DNA of 64,000 nucleotides from sequence record PP695294.1; one strand, given 5' to 3'. Below are positions 25,931 through 36,500 of this stretch, one piece after another. A program made the translations under genes and the position numbers. Within the stretch, counting starts at the first letter, position 1. Every line of letters begins with the position of its first letter. The notes under the pieces were generated by a model. That model had not been told where the DNA came from and did not search any database. It was given only the letters and a program-made list of their open reading frames with translations.

Positions 25931-26968
25931 GTGAAACAATATCTTGAGATGATGCAGAACATTCTGGACGAGGGTCATGTTAAAGGCGATCGTACTGGAA
26001 CAGGGACGCTTTCTGTCTTTGGACGCCAGATGCGTTTTGATTTGCGTAAAGGTTTCCCGTTAATCACGACTAAGAAACTCCACCTGCGTTCTATTATCCA
26101 TGAACTGCTGTGGTTCCTTAGTGGTGATACCAACACCAAATATCTGGAAGATAACGGCGTTACCATTTGGCGGGAGTGGCAAGATGAGAATGGGAACCTT
26201 GGACCCCTGTATGGTGCACAATGGAGACGTTGGAAAGATGTGAAACTGGTGCCTAAGAAAAATGCAGCTTTACTCGAGAAACTGCAAGATGCTGGATACG
26301 CGGATTATGGCGACGCGGACGATGGTTCACAAATGTTCGATGCGCGTGTACTTCTGAAAGAACACGACCAGATCTCTAAGGTGGTTGACCAACTGCGCAA
26401 CGATCCTGACAGTCGTCGTATTATTGTCAGCGCATGGAACGTGGGTGAGTTGGATCAAATGGCGTTAGCTCCATGTCATGCGTTCTTTCAGTTCTACACT
26501 CGTGAGCTGTCTATCGACGAGCGTCTTGATTGGTTTGAAAAGAACCTTCCAGATCAATTTAACGATTCCCGCTTTAGTAATGAAGCTGTAGCAGATGACG
26601 CAGTGTTCCACGTTGAGATGGACGCACTTGAAATACCTCGCCGTGTTCTTTCATGTCAACTGTACGCACGTTCCCAAGACTTCTTCCTGGGAACACCGTT
26701 TAACATCGCGTCTTACGCATTACTCGTGCACATGGTAGCACAGCAAGTTAACATGTTGCCGGGCGATTTCGTTTGGAGTGGTGGCGATGTGCATTTATAC
26801 TCCAACCATCTGGAGCAGGCCAAGCTGCAGCTGACTCGTGAACCCTTACCTTTGCCGAAACTGGTCATCAAGCGTAAACCGGAATCTATCTTCGATTATA
26901 AGTTCGAAGATTTTGAGATCCGGGATTATGTATCACACGACCCAATTAAAGCACCAGTCGCTATCTAA
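25931..26968 (+). CDS. thyA: Thymidylate synthase
   Basis: [67 protein letters not shown]; GTG start at 25931. Confidence 0.97.
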   Translation: MKQYLEMMQNILDEGHVKGDRTGTGTLSVFGRQMRFDLRKGFPLITTKKLHLRSIIHELLWFLSGDTNTKYLEDNGVTIWREWQDENGNLGPLYGAQWRRWKDVKLVPKKNAALLEKLQDAGYADYGDADDGSQMFDARVLLKEHDQISKVVDQLRNDPDSRRIIVSAWNVGELDQMALAPCHAFFQFYTRELSIDERLDWFEKNLPDQFNDSRFSNEAVADDAVFHVEMDALEIPRRVLSCQLYARSQDFFLGTPFNIASYALLVHMVAQQVNMLPGDFVWSGGDVHLYSNHLEQAKLQLTREPLPLPKLVIKRKPESIFDYKFEDFEIRDYVSHDPIKAPVAI

Positions 26969-26980
26969 TTAGGAGCGTTT

Positions 26981-27517
26981 ATGGTTGACAACATCGTTCC
27001 CTTCAAGCCTAAAGCGGTGGTTGCTACGGACGAATCGCCGTTTATTCCTATCAACGGACAGAAGATCATCGAGTTTCCAGACGAACATCGTGGACAATTA
27101 CACGTTCCACAACCGGACGGTACAATGAAGGCTATCGGTTTCCCGATATCCGAACAAGAATGGTGGACGCTTCTGGCTATCCAGATGATGTCGCGTGGTC
27201 TGGGTGTGTCTACGGAACCTGTCGTTCGCATTAATACCGACCCATATATCCACGAGCAAGGTAGCTGGATGGAACGGCGTCGGACAATGGAAATACAGAT
27301 TAGCAAAGAAACGCTTTTGCAAATCGCTGAGTCCACGCCCTTTATCCTGACTTCGTCTTTTAACGGGGATATGGATGAAGACCTCTACATGCATCTTTCA
27401 GGCTTAGCAGCTGAGCACCGTATTGCGGAAGAAGAGCCTATCTATACCGAAGCGTTGATTATCCATCCGACTGGCTTAGAAGGTAATACCTTTAAACTGA
27501 TTTGGGTGGAGTTATGA
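26981..27517 (+). CDS. Hypothetical protein, 178 aa
   Basis: AGGAG RBS. Confidence 0.8.
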   Translation: MVDNIVPFKPKAVVATDESPFIPINGQKIIEFPDEHRGQLHVPQPDGTMKAIGFPISEQEWWTLLAIQMMSRGLGVSTEPVVRINTDPYIHEQGSWMERRRTMEIQISKETLLQIAESTPFILTSSFNGDMDEDLYMHLSGLAAEHRIAEEEPIYTEALIIHPTGLEGNTFKLIWVEL

Positions 27518-27765
27518 CAGACCGTCTCAGTAAAACAATTCGACTACCACAACAGCGTAATGTCCGCAAAGGCGACGTATTCACCGCGGAGGAATGGGTC
27601 GCATTAAAAGCTCTGTTCCCGGACGAAACCGATTCGCATGTCGTCCAAATGGCACTGAAAGAGTTTGCAAAGAACGCTCCTGAAATGCTGCTGCGTAAGA
27701 AAGAAGAAGAACTGAATATGCTCCGTAATAGCGTAGATGTTCTCTTTAAAACAATGGAGAAATAA
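27514..27765 (+). CDS. Hypothetical protein, 83 aa
   Basis: ATGA overlap, GGAG RBS. Confidence 0.7.
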   Translation: MTDRLSKTIRLPQQRNVRKGDVFTAEEWVALKALFPDETDSHVVQMALKEFAKNAPEMLLRKKEEELNMLRNSVDVLFKTMEK

Positions 27766-27766
27766 G

Positions 27767-28534
27767 ATGATGAAACTCTTTGCGTTCTCCGATGAATTCT
27801 ACACAGTGGAATTCGACGACTACGAATACGGGTTATTAGGGGCCGTCGACATGGAGGACGCTAAACGGCAGCTTCCCACTAGCGAAATAGAAATCATTGA
27901 GATTGGGGAAACTAATCTTAGTGGGATTTTGATGCTGGGGCGGCGACCACGCCCTGCGGAACCTGAGCAGGAAAGAGAGCAAGCGCAGGCGATTTGTCTG
28001 GTTTATGAGCCGATAGACCCTGCAGCGATAGCGAAGGTGGTCGATACACTACGGCCACAGATTGGCGTCGCGATTGAAAATTATCGCTGGGCTCGTTTCT
28101 CAGGCGACACGCCGATATTTTCGAATAAGCACTGGTTGCTGTGTATCAACAACGACACGATAATGGTACCTTTAACAGGGGAGAAGAATTTTGAAGATAA
28201 CTTCGTCCCTGGCGAAGAGTCTGTTATCTTCGAGTATACCCATGTCATCGGAAAGCCGAGCTTCTACCAAGTTCTGATTGATGTATTGACTCACGTCGGT
28301 CGAACCATCGAATACCACTACTGGGCACGCCATGCGCGTTTTAAATGGTTCTCGTTGACGTACGTCGAAGGTTGGGAACGTGTTGTTGAAAAGATTGACG
28401 GGCGCTATGAGCAGATTTGGTTCCTAAACCCGGCATTCCGTGAAGAATTACCCGCATGGGTAAAAGAAGAGGCGAGCAAGCTGACGGTTGGCTTTACTAA
28501 GCAGGGCGCGCCGTATATGGTTAACTACAAATAA
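27767..28534 (+). CDS. Hypothetical protein, 255 aa
   Basis: GGAG RBS before ATG27767. Confidence 0.8.
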   Translation: MMKLFAFSDEFYTVEFDDYEYGLLGAVDMEDAKRQLPTSEIEIIEIGETNLSGILMLGRRPRPAEPEQEREQAQAICLVYEPIDPAAIAKVVDTLRPQIGVAIENYRWARFSGDTPIFSNKHWLLCINNDTIMVPLTGEKNFEDNFVPGEESVIFEYTHVIGKPSFYQVLIDVLTHVGRTIEYHYWARHARFKWFSLTYVEGWERVVEKIDGRYEQIWFLNPAFREELPAWVKEEASKLTVGFTKQGAPYMVNYK

Positions 28535-28545
28535 GGTGAAAACAG

Positions 28546-29025
28546 ATGTCTATAACTCGGATCGATTATCGCGCCGTAGTAAAAGAACTGTCCAAAGGTC
28601 TTATCGAACTGGACTCCGATGAAGCCCGTAGCTGTGGCTTTTTACCGCATATTGCACTGAGCGAGTTCCGCACTATCCGCTATGGCGCTGGTCGTCAGAA
28701 AGGCGTTACAACACACGCTGTTGATATGTCAGCAAAGTTCCACGGCAGCGTTCTGTATCTGGTTCACAACGAAGCGTTACGGAGCGAAGTGGTGGAGAAA
28801 TTCCATGAAAAAGCCGCTGGGAACGGTTGGCTGACCGTGCACTGTAACTACTTGCCCGAGGGTTGGAAACGCGCGACGGGTGCTGGTATATCCGGCTACG
28901 AGAAATTCGGCTTGGTTATTGTCGACGAAGCGGGTTTCTTCTTCAACAAGTTCAGTTACGATAAAATCTATCGCAGTCTGGTCGACGTAGTAACGCCAGA
29001 CGTTGTGATACACCTGATTAATTAA
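28546..29025 (+). CDS. Small P-loop-like protein with degenerate Walker A
   Basis: YGAGRQKGVTT (RQxGKT-like with K to V) and LVIVDEA (Walker B). Confidence 0.55.
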   Translation: MSITRIDYRAVVKELSKGLIELDSDEARSCGFLPHIALSEFRTIRYGAGRQKGVTTHAVDMSAKFHGSVLYLVHNEALRSEVVEKFHEKAAGNGWLTVHCNYLPEGWKRATGAGISGYEKFGLVIVDEAGFFFNKFSYDKIYRSLVDVVTPDVVIHLIN

Positions 29026-29037
29026 GTAGAGGAAAAT

Positions 29038-29226
29038 ATGGCTGGAGAACTCGGTCGTGGGCAAGCCACAACGTTCATGTATCGTGATGGGTTAGGTGCG
29101 GATGTAAACATGTCTCCGGATGACGAGATGGTTATCCCTGGACTTGACCCGGACGCAGGTGTGGAAGGTGGCGTTGACCCGTCGAAAGACGACGACAACT
29201 GCACTGGTGGTGCGTGCAAGATTTAA
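29038..29226 (+). CDS. 62-aa free-standing NrdA C-terminal-tail-like peptide
   Basis: GAGG RBS, ATG start, own terminator; ends DDDNCTGGACKI-stop. Confidence 0.8.
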   Translation: MAGELGRGQATTFMYRDGLGADVNMSPDDEMVIPGLDPDAGVEGGVDPSKDDDNCTGGACKI

Positions 29227-29235
29227 AATACGTAT

Positions 29236-29272
29236 TAGGGTGTCCATATGGACACCCTACTTATTTTTTTTG
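29236..29272 (+). terminator. Intrinsic terminator
   Basis: TAGGGTGTCC-ATAT-GGACACCCTA plus T-run. Confidence 0.85.
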
Positions 29273-29289
29273 TTTAAGGAGCTATCAAA

Positions 29290-30231
29290 ATGGGCGACCG
29301 TTTCATTATCCAGATTCCGTATAACGTTATTGTTGAACCTAACCAGTACCTGGCACAGATTAATGAGCTTCTGGCTGGATTCTGCCAACGTCAGTTTGTT
29401 GAACCGTGGTCCTTTGAGAAACTGTACACCCTGTGCGTGAACAGTGAAACCGGTCACACTTACGTCGAAGGTAAAGTATTCACAGGCGACCAGAGTTTGG
29501 AAATAAATGATTTCGAAATGCCGTGGACGTTGGAAGGTGTCGAGTATCGTGGTACGGTTGATCGTCCGCGTTACGTACCTTTGTACACCATCCCACAATG
29601 TATTACTAACGTTATGGGTTGGTCTAAAGCGCGTGGTATTCTGGATAACGGCGTCTGGTATAGCCAAGCCACCAAACTCTACGAAGAAGACGGTGAAGCG
29701 GCAACCGGTATCAGTAAAAACAAACGCCGTTACATCATGGACGGTATCGGTGATGCTCTGGTCGTGTTGGTTAACTTGATGGAACTCATTAAGTTTGACT
29801 CGACCGATATCAGCACATATGTCAACGAAACGCGTTCAAAGAACCCACTTGCCGGGAACAGTCATTACCTGTTCCACAAAATGCGTTTCCATCTCACAGC
29901 AGCTGTTGATTACATCTGGGATCAAGCCGGCATCGACTCAGCTAAGCAACTCGAATATAAACACTTCGAGAACAGCGACGCGGTAATGATCGAATGTCAC
30001 TTCGCTCAGATGGTCGAATACGCCAATGCGCTGGCTAATGCGTACGATATGACCCTGGAACAGTGCTTCTCCTTGGCGTGGGATGAAATCAAAGACCGTA
30101 AGGGTTTCCTGAATGCGGACGGTATCTTCGTTAAAGAAGCAGACATGACTGCTGCTGAAATCGAAGTAAACGGTTCCCTTACTGTAAAAGATGAGGCGTT
30201 TACCGATGGCGAAGAAACTGTTCACGGTTGA
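29290..30231 (+). CDS. MazG-like NTP pyrophosphohydrolase with N-terminal extra domain
   Basis: QATKLYEEDGEA...MDGIGDALVVL and LEQCFSLAWDEIKDRKG..NADGIFVKEAD. Confidence 0.8.
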   Translation: MGDRFIIQIPYNVIVEPNQYLAQINELLAGFCQRQFVEPWSFEKLYTLCVNSETGHTYVEGKVFTGDQSLEINDFEMPWTLEGVEYRGTVDRPRYVPLYTIPQCITNVMGWSKARGILDNGVWYSQATKLYEEDGEAATGISKNKRRYIMDGIGDALVVLVNLMELIKFDSTDISTYVNETRSKNPLAGNSHYLFHKMRFHLTAAVDYIWDQAGIDSAKQLEYKHFENSDAVMIECHFAQMVEYANALANAYDMTLEQCFSLAWDEIKDRKGFLNADGIFVKEADMTAAEIEVNGSLTVKDEAFTDGEETVHG

Positions 30232-30628
30232 TTACGATGAATACGCTGATCGTTTACTGGTCAACAATATCGTCTGGGAAGACCACGGTCTAATGCCATG
30301 GCATCTGAAATTCCTAGCGGAGCGTTCAGAACAATGCGGTGGTTTGGAGTTCGTACTTACCGACACACCAATTCCGGTACCTCACATTGCGCCGGTAGAA
30401 AATTTGTACTTCTTCGATGCTAATGTGAAGTTATTACAGCAGGTACTCTATACGCATGATTGGCGTGGCGGTTGTCAGTTCCCAGAGAACGTTTTAAAGC
30501 TCTCTGAACGCTTCGGCACCGACATTGCGTACTGTCAAACGTTCCCAAAAGACTTGGGACGAAACAGCGTGGTGCTGTGGTATTACCCTCCGGTAGAAGA
30601 TATCGTAAAAGTGATTATCGAACGCTAA
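30206..30628 (+). CDS. Hypothetical protein, 140 aa
   Basis: GAGG RBS before ATG30206; overlaps the MazG-like gene end. Confidence 0.75.
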   Translation: MAKKLFTVDYDEYADRLLVNNIVWEDHGLMPWHLKFLAERSEQCGGLEFVLTDTPIPVPHIAPVENLYFFDANVKLLQQVLYTHDWRGGCQFPENVLKLSERFGTDIAYCQTFPKDLGRNSVVLWYYPPVEDIVKVIIER

Positions 30629-30684
30629 AAATAAAAGCAAACGAGTACCCCGTTAGGGGTACTCGCATTACTTATTTTTTTTTG
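30628..30684. terminator. Bidirectional terminator
   Basis: A-run, CGAGTACCCC-GTTA-GGGGTACTCG, T-run. Confidence 0.85.
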
Positions 30685-31236
30685 TTACGCTTGAGTCATG
30701 TCGGAGACGTCATAAACCAGACCGTTCAACTCAGTAACGGTGATCAGTTTACTGATATCGACACCATCGCTCGGAACTTCGGTCAAATAAACTTCAACCG
30801 TACCCGTCCACGCCAGTGACTTTCCATTGAAACGCAAATTGTGTTTCGTGGAAGACGTCATTGACTCCGTCGCATAAATCTCGCTCGCATCAATCAACCA
30901 ATTGTACTTGGCCTGTAACAACGGAACGAGGTCGGCGGCTGTATTGGCGCTACTACCGTCCACAGACAGCACCACGTTTTCAAACAGGTGGGCTACGTCC
31001 AGTCGACGGTAAGTAAGACCCATCTTACCAAACGTACCTTTCTCAACGATACCAGAAACATCGAGACTGGTGTTCAGTCTGGTGTACTGTTCTGGGTCAG
31101 GATCGGCTGCGGTGATGTGCGACGGGTTACCGAACGACAATTTATCGATGGTCACGCCCTTACCAGTCAGTCCGGGATTCTGGGACACGATAAGATCGTA
31201 AACCAACTCTTTTGCGGTCTTTCCAAATAAACTCAT
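30685..31236 (-). CDS. Virion/baseplate-associated protein (YRRLD-type jumbo-phage paralog domain), 183 aa
   Basis: LTYRRLDV motif and GKSLAWTG; co-transcribed with the baseplate and tape measure genes. Confidence 0.65.
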   Translation of the reverse strand: MSLFGKTAKELVYDLIVSQNPGLTGKGVTIDKLSFGNPSHITAADPDPEQYTRLNTSLDVSGIVEKGTFGKMGLTYRRLDVAHLFENVVLSVDGSSANTAADLVPLLQAKYNWLIDASEIYATESMTSSTKHNLRFNGKSLAWTGTVEVYLTEVPSDGVDISKLITVTELNGLVYDVSDMTQA

Positions 31237-31258
31237 AATGCGCTACCTCTGAGGTGTA

Positions 31259-33520
31259 CTATCGCGCTTGTGGTAGGAAAATGTTCGCGATTTGTCGTGC
31301 CGGTATGATATCTAACGCGGCGTTGACGATGCTGCCCTGTGACCAGGCACTTGCCCAGTTCTGCGCCCAGATAGACGCGTTGATTTTAGCCTGCGCGATA
31401 CCGTTGGTACGCTCGTAAAGCGTGGCAGCACCCAACACAGACATAAATTCACTGAACTTGTTATCATCATCAAACACACCAATATCGGTTACAATCGGCA
31501 TGTACATAACGCGTGACAGGTCACGAATAGTTACCTGTATATCACACGACAACGGCAGACCGTCAGCACGCCACCCTAACCCACCTGTACCAAACTGGAG
31601 ACTCAAGTTAGTTACCATGGCATTACGCATGGAATAACGACCACGAGAATAACACTCCAGATAGAACGGGTGCGTAAACGATTGTTTACCGGTTGCTAAC
31701 GGGCAAACTGCCGCTAACCAGAACGACAACGGGACAATCAGATCCTGGAACACATCTAAGTCGTTACCCGACCAACAGCGAAGGGGAATGCTTAGCGAGA
31801 TATCGTCACCTGAGGTGTCTGAGGAGTCCCACACTTCCGGGAAGTCAATCACTGACGAGTTGTACAGCGACATAATCCCTGATAAATGCAAGAAATCGAG
31901 TGCGCCTGTAAAGGCGGACTTCAACCCAGTAATGAGACCATCGACTGCGTCGAAACCAGTCTTACCACCAGAGAGGTTTACTTCCAAAGAACGTGCTTTC
32001 TGTGTGGCGGAGTTAACCGTGCCAGAGATTTCAGGTTCTTTGGTGGTGTTGGAGAACGAACGCCCTACGGTATCACGTCCATCAACACGCCAAGTAATCC
32101 ACTGCGAACCATTGCGTATCTCCGAAGCGATGTTCGAAGTTAACCCATCCATAGCGCCTTCTAAAATATCGATATAGTCTTTGAAGACGCTACCGACAGA
32201 TTCTTTCTGGCCTTGGTCCATCCAGTTTTCAATCTTCCCAATGTCGAGATTATTCTCATCCATTGAGTTTGCTTCGGTCTGACTTTTAGCAACCTGAGCC
32301 TGGTTCTTTTCAACCTGTGCCATACGCTCGGCAAGCTCTTTACGTTGCGCATCACCTTCGTTTTCGAAGTTTTCAGCTTTACCTCCTTGTGACTGAGCAT
32401 CCTGAATGCTTCCGTTCATCCCTGCTACCAGTTCGTCTTCTTTGTTATCGACGTTTTCAAAACCGGCATCGTACCCTTTACCGGCTTTGGCTACGTATTC
32501 AAGGTTACGTAAAGAAACCTCGTACTGCGCAGCTTTCTCCAAATGGGTTGTTGAGTACGTCGCTTCCAGATAGAAGTTTCGCAAACGACGAGCCATGTCC
32601 TCTTCGTTACTCGACTCTTTACGAATTTTATCGATGGTTTTCGCCTGGTAGTTGGCTAATGTTTGGTAGCGGTTAATCATTCGATAGATATCGAACTCAC
32701 CATCAGCTGTCCAGATTTCTGGCAGCATGGAGTACCACTCTTTGCGGTCGCCGTTGTACTTATTAGCAGTACCGCCTTTCTCAGACCCATCTACAGCATT
32801 AGCAAGCTGGAAAGTCCCTAACACACCCGTTGGTACCAATCGGCGATAAACTAACTGGGTGTTGACCATATTCTGCACAGCGCGCAGATACAAGTGCATT
32901 GTCGGTTTCACGTAGTAGTAGCGAGAAGTCTGCTTGTTCAGCACCATCTTCAACATACGTGGTGTAATTAGAATAACCGCAAAGGCAACCGTACCTACTG
33001 CGGCCCATATTGCTGCGGCGGCAACATACGTCCCCATCGCACGTAACATACCTGGGTAGTCACCTGTGCGCGCCAGATACGCTAGGTTGGAATCGTACAT
33101 ATTCGCGAAGAATGCAGCGACCCCGATATAACGAGGTTTACCGAAACGACAATGAAGATAAAAACTGTTTTGGTTAATAGCTTCGTAATAGAAAGTCCCT
33201 AAACGATAGGAACCGCGTTGGTCTTGACCTTTAACGTACTTTGAGTACGAGCCACGACCCGCATCAGGTTGTGCAAAGGCACCTGTTGAACTCGGATCAG
33301 CAAACATCGTAAACTGCGGCGGCGCATTTAACGCTTGCGAACCACCCATCGTGGTATCTTCAAACGAGAGCATCGCGTTAGAGTAACGACGCAAACCCAG
33401 GAAGCGCTCATCGCGCTGTGCGGTTGTACCGCCAAACAGGCCGGTTACCCATCCTGAATCTTTTAGTTGTCTTGCTTCCACGTAAAACCTCTCTGTAAGA
33501 TGATTAGGGGGTGTTGCCAC
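31259..33520 (-). CDS. Tail/baseplate structural protein, 753 aa (phiKZ gp182-like)
   Basis: Directly downstream of the tape measure; C-terminal hub-like beta strands (LSLQFG...DIQVTIRDLS). Confidence 0.65.
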   Translation of the reverse strand: MATPPNHLTERFYVEARQLKDSGWVTGLFGGTTAQRDERFLGLRRYSNAMLSFEDTTMGGSQALNAPPQFTMFADPSSTGAFAQPDAGRGSYSKYVKGQDQRGSYRLGTFYYEAINQNSFYLHCRFGKPRYIGVAAFFANMYDSNLAYLARTGDYPGMLRAMGTYVAAAAIWAAVGTVAFAVILITPRMLKMVLNKQTSRYYYVKPTMHLYLRAVQNMVNTQLVYRRLVPTGVLGTFQLANAVDGSEKGGTANKYNGDRKEWYSMLPEIWTADGEFDIYRMINRYQTLANYQAKTIDKIRKESSNEEDMARRLRNFYLEATYSTTHLEKAAQYEVSLRNLEYVAKAGKGYDAGFENVDNKEDELVAGMNGSIQDAQSQGGKAENFENEGDAQRKELAERMAQVEKNQAQVAKSQTEANSMDENNLDIGKIENWMDQGQKESVGSVFKDYIDILEGAMDGLTSNIASEIRNGSQWITWRVDGRDTVGRSFSNTTKEPEISGTVNSATQKARSLEVNLSGGKTGFDAVDGLITGLKSAFTGALDFLHLSGIMSLYNSSVIDFPEVWDSSDTSGDDISLSIPLRCWSGNDLDVFQDLIVPLSFWLAAVCPLATGKQSFTHPFYLECYSRGRYSMRNAMVTNLSLQFGTGGLGWRADGLPLSCDIQVTIRDLSRVMYMPIVTDIGVFDDDNKFSEFMSVLGAATLYERTNGIAQAKINASIWAQNWASAWSQGSIVNAALDIIPARQIANIFLPQAR

Positions 33521-33529
33521 CCCCTACGA

Positions 33530-36500
33530 TTAGCTTGCTTTCCGACTTACGTTTAACGACGGTGTCGGTTGGGTTATTTCCTGCCTACGTGCAGCTGAGC
33601 CAGGAGGAGGCACATTTGCCGCTTGCTGGATACTACCACCCCGTGTGTCGTTTGCCGCTCTTGGATTTGATTTCAAAATATCACGAATCTCTTTCAAGTA
33701 ATCGCGAGACTGAATCAGTACCTTGAGCTGCTGAACATCTATCGGGTCACCATTCAGCGTTGGCGTCGATGCTGTAGCATCAGAAGTTGGAGCGGCAACT
33801 GGACGAGCTGCTGCGTTAACCTGCGCTTCCGCGCCTGCTTTCACTTTAGCAACATCCGTCGCAGACAATCCTTCTGCTGCAGCTTGCGACGCTACGGTTT
33901 CGGCCGTTGTTGAGGCATCGGATGTTCCGGTACCGCCTGTGGTTGGTGTAGGTGCTGCTGGTCCTACATTACCTGCGGCGGTAGCCATTGCATCTTGTGC
34001 CGCCATGGCCCCTTTCTGCGTCAATGCGTCATCACGACGATTAGCATTATCTGCTGGCAGGTTATCTGCTGGCGACAGACTCGGGTCATTAGCGGCCGGT
34101 GCACCCATTGCTGCTGCCGGGTTGGTTGGTGAATTAGGCGACAAGCCTGCAACCATATCCTTCGTCTTGCTCGGATCGGCAGCGACTTCGTTGGCGGAAA
34201 TTGCACCCATGCGGCGGTTCAGTTCCTGAATAACCCCGTCTACGCTACGTATACGACCGTTGCTGTAGAAGACGTTGGCATTCCCTCTCAGTATTGCAGA
34301 TGTAATCCCAGGAGCACTTGATGCCGCCATATTCGGATTACGCTTCCATGCTTCCAGGAATTTCTTACCGCCGCCTGCACCCAGGAAGTGGTACAGATAA
34401 GCCACGGCTGGAGGTGGTGCTTTACCACCCAGGTCACGTTGTGCTTGTTGGATGTTGTCACGAATGAACTGTACACCCAAAATAGCATTCGCCCACGGGT
34501 CCATCTGGTTAACACGCGGAATACCAAACTTCCGCGAATACCCCTTCATCATCCCGTCCCACGTGCCGTTAACAAACTGGAACAACCCAGATGCCGAAGC
34601 ATACGGGTTTTTAGCGGTGTAGTTAAATCCGGACTCCGCCTTAGCCATTGCTAACGCCACTGCAGGTGGCACGCCCATCATGTTCGCTGCATCGGTAATC
34701 AATGCTTTGATATTCGGAACGTTCAACGCACCCTTTCTACCCAACATTTCTATCGGGTATTTTTCAGCCAGTGACTTATAATCACCGTCTTTCACATCAC
34801 TCAGGTTAATCGAAGACGAACCAGTGGTCATTGCAGCGTAGTTCCGCACACCACCAACCGCATCGACGACTTGACCTAAGTTACCCGGCACACCGCCACT
34901 CGTGCCCGATGGAATGTAGCCTGAGGCGCGAGCACCGTCAGATGACAAAGAATCTCCCGAACTGATGTTCGAGTCTTCTTCATCTTCACCGGTGACTTCC
35001 AGAGAACTGCGGTTCTTGTTACGATCCTTCCAGCGTGCACGCTTGCCATTATTTTTAATGGCTTTAATCATGTTACGCACGGCAAGGTCAGCTTCTTTTG
35101 ATAACAGCTTCAGCGTTTCCAGCTCGGCTTTGATAGACGACGGGTTCGTGTTAGCATCGCCCCCTAATGGGTTGATATTCACTTCCCACACCGACTGTCT
35201 TATACCGCCCTTCAAGCTATAAGCTGTTGACATCATCAAACTGATTTCGTACAGGTAACCGCCGGTCAGTTTCAAGTTCAGCGGATCAGCTGTTGGCAGG
35301 TAGCGTTTCACCCCAACCAAGTACGTCATGAATACCGGTAAGAAACGGTCAAAGAACCACCGCTTCAAACGATCTTCTTTCGGTGTGCCGATAGCGTCTG
35401 GAACCATTGAGGCGATTGCTTTCTTCCAATCACCTTTGTAGCTTGCGGTTTTCACGTCAATGTCTTTGATGACGTTTTTCTCGAATACCGTAATCAACGT
35501 GCGTGTGGCGTTGTCGATGGTGGTAAAACCATAAGTCTTCCAACGTACCGACTCCATCGCATTCATGTCTTTCTGGTCGAGCACCGCATTCCAGTCTACC
35601 TGAATCTGAACCTGCTCTGTTCCGTCTTCCCAACCCTCTACCTTCGCCAGATTTTTATTACGTTCGTTATCCAACTGTCCAAGTTTGTTGATAGCTTCAT
35701 CAACGCCCGCGGACTTAATCCCCTCTACAGCCGGTGCCATTCCGTACTTACGTGCTTTCTTATCGTCCATTCTGAACTTGATTGCACGCTCAACTTCATT
35801 CTGCACTTCCATAACCTCTTCACCGCTCAAAAACTCCTTCGGTGTAAAGGTTACAACGTCCCAAGCTTTCGAGAAGAAACCTTGGTTGACTTTGCGTGGG
35901 TCAGTTAACGAAGAGAACGCTTTTGCATCCTTAGTCATCTTCATTTTGTTGAAGAGTGTCTGCATGTCCTCTTTCGATACTTTCTTCGCATCGCCGACGT
36001 CAGCCAACTGGATACTGTTCGGCATCGATTTCAGTGCCGTAATCCAGCGGAGATAAATCGGAATGAAGCGCTGAAGCATAAACGCTTGGAAGGCCAACAT
36101 CTCGCCTTTTTCCTCAACGTTGATACCGAACCCTTCAGCTAACTTCTGAACGTCTTTTCCACTTAGTCCGCGGAGACTGGCTTGGCCATCTTCCGCGTAA
36201 GACACATACTCACGCAATGCGTCTTCTAAGTAACGCGCCTTCGCCCCGTCGTCCGACGACCACTTATCGTAATCACGGAAACCGTACTGAGCTAAACGCA
36301 TCTTATCCAGGTACTGGGTATAGGTAGTCGTTGCGATCTTGTACGCGGCGTAACCTGCCGCAGCGATCGCGCCACCGATAAGAATTGCCGGCCAGCCCAC
36401 TGCTGTCACGACGGCAGATGCCGCAGTTGCCACAGCGGACACCGCGGGTGCCGCCAAACGGGTTACTGCGAACTTACCAACGTTCCACGCAGCCTTACCT

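Noticed and set aside
25931-26968. Two insertions in ThyA, and the idea that it is a modified-base hydroxymethylase
   Set aside because: PFNIASY keeps the dUMP-specifying Asn, similar insertions occur in other ThyA proteins, and there are no intein motifs.
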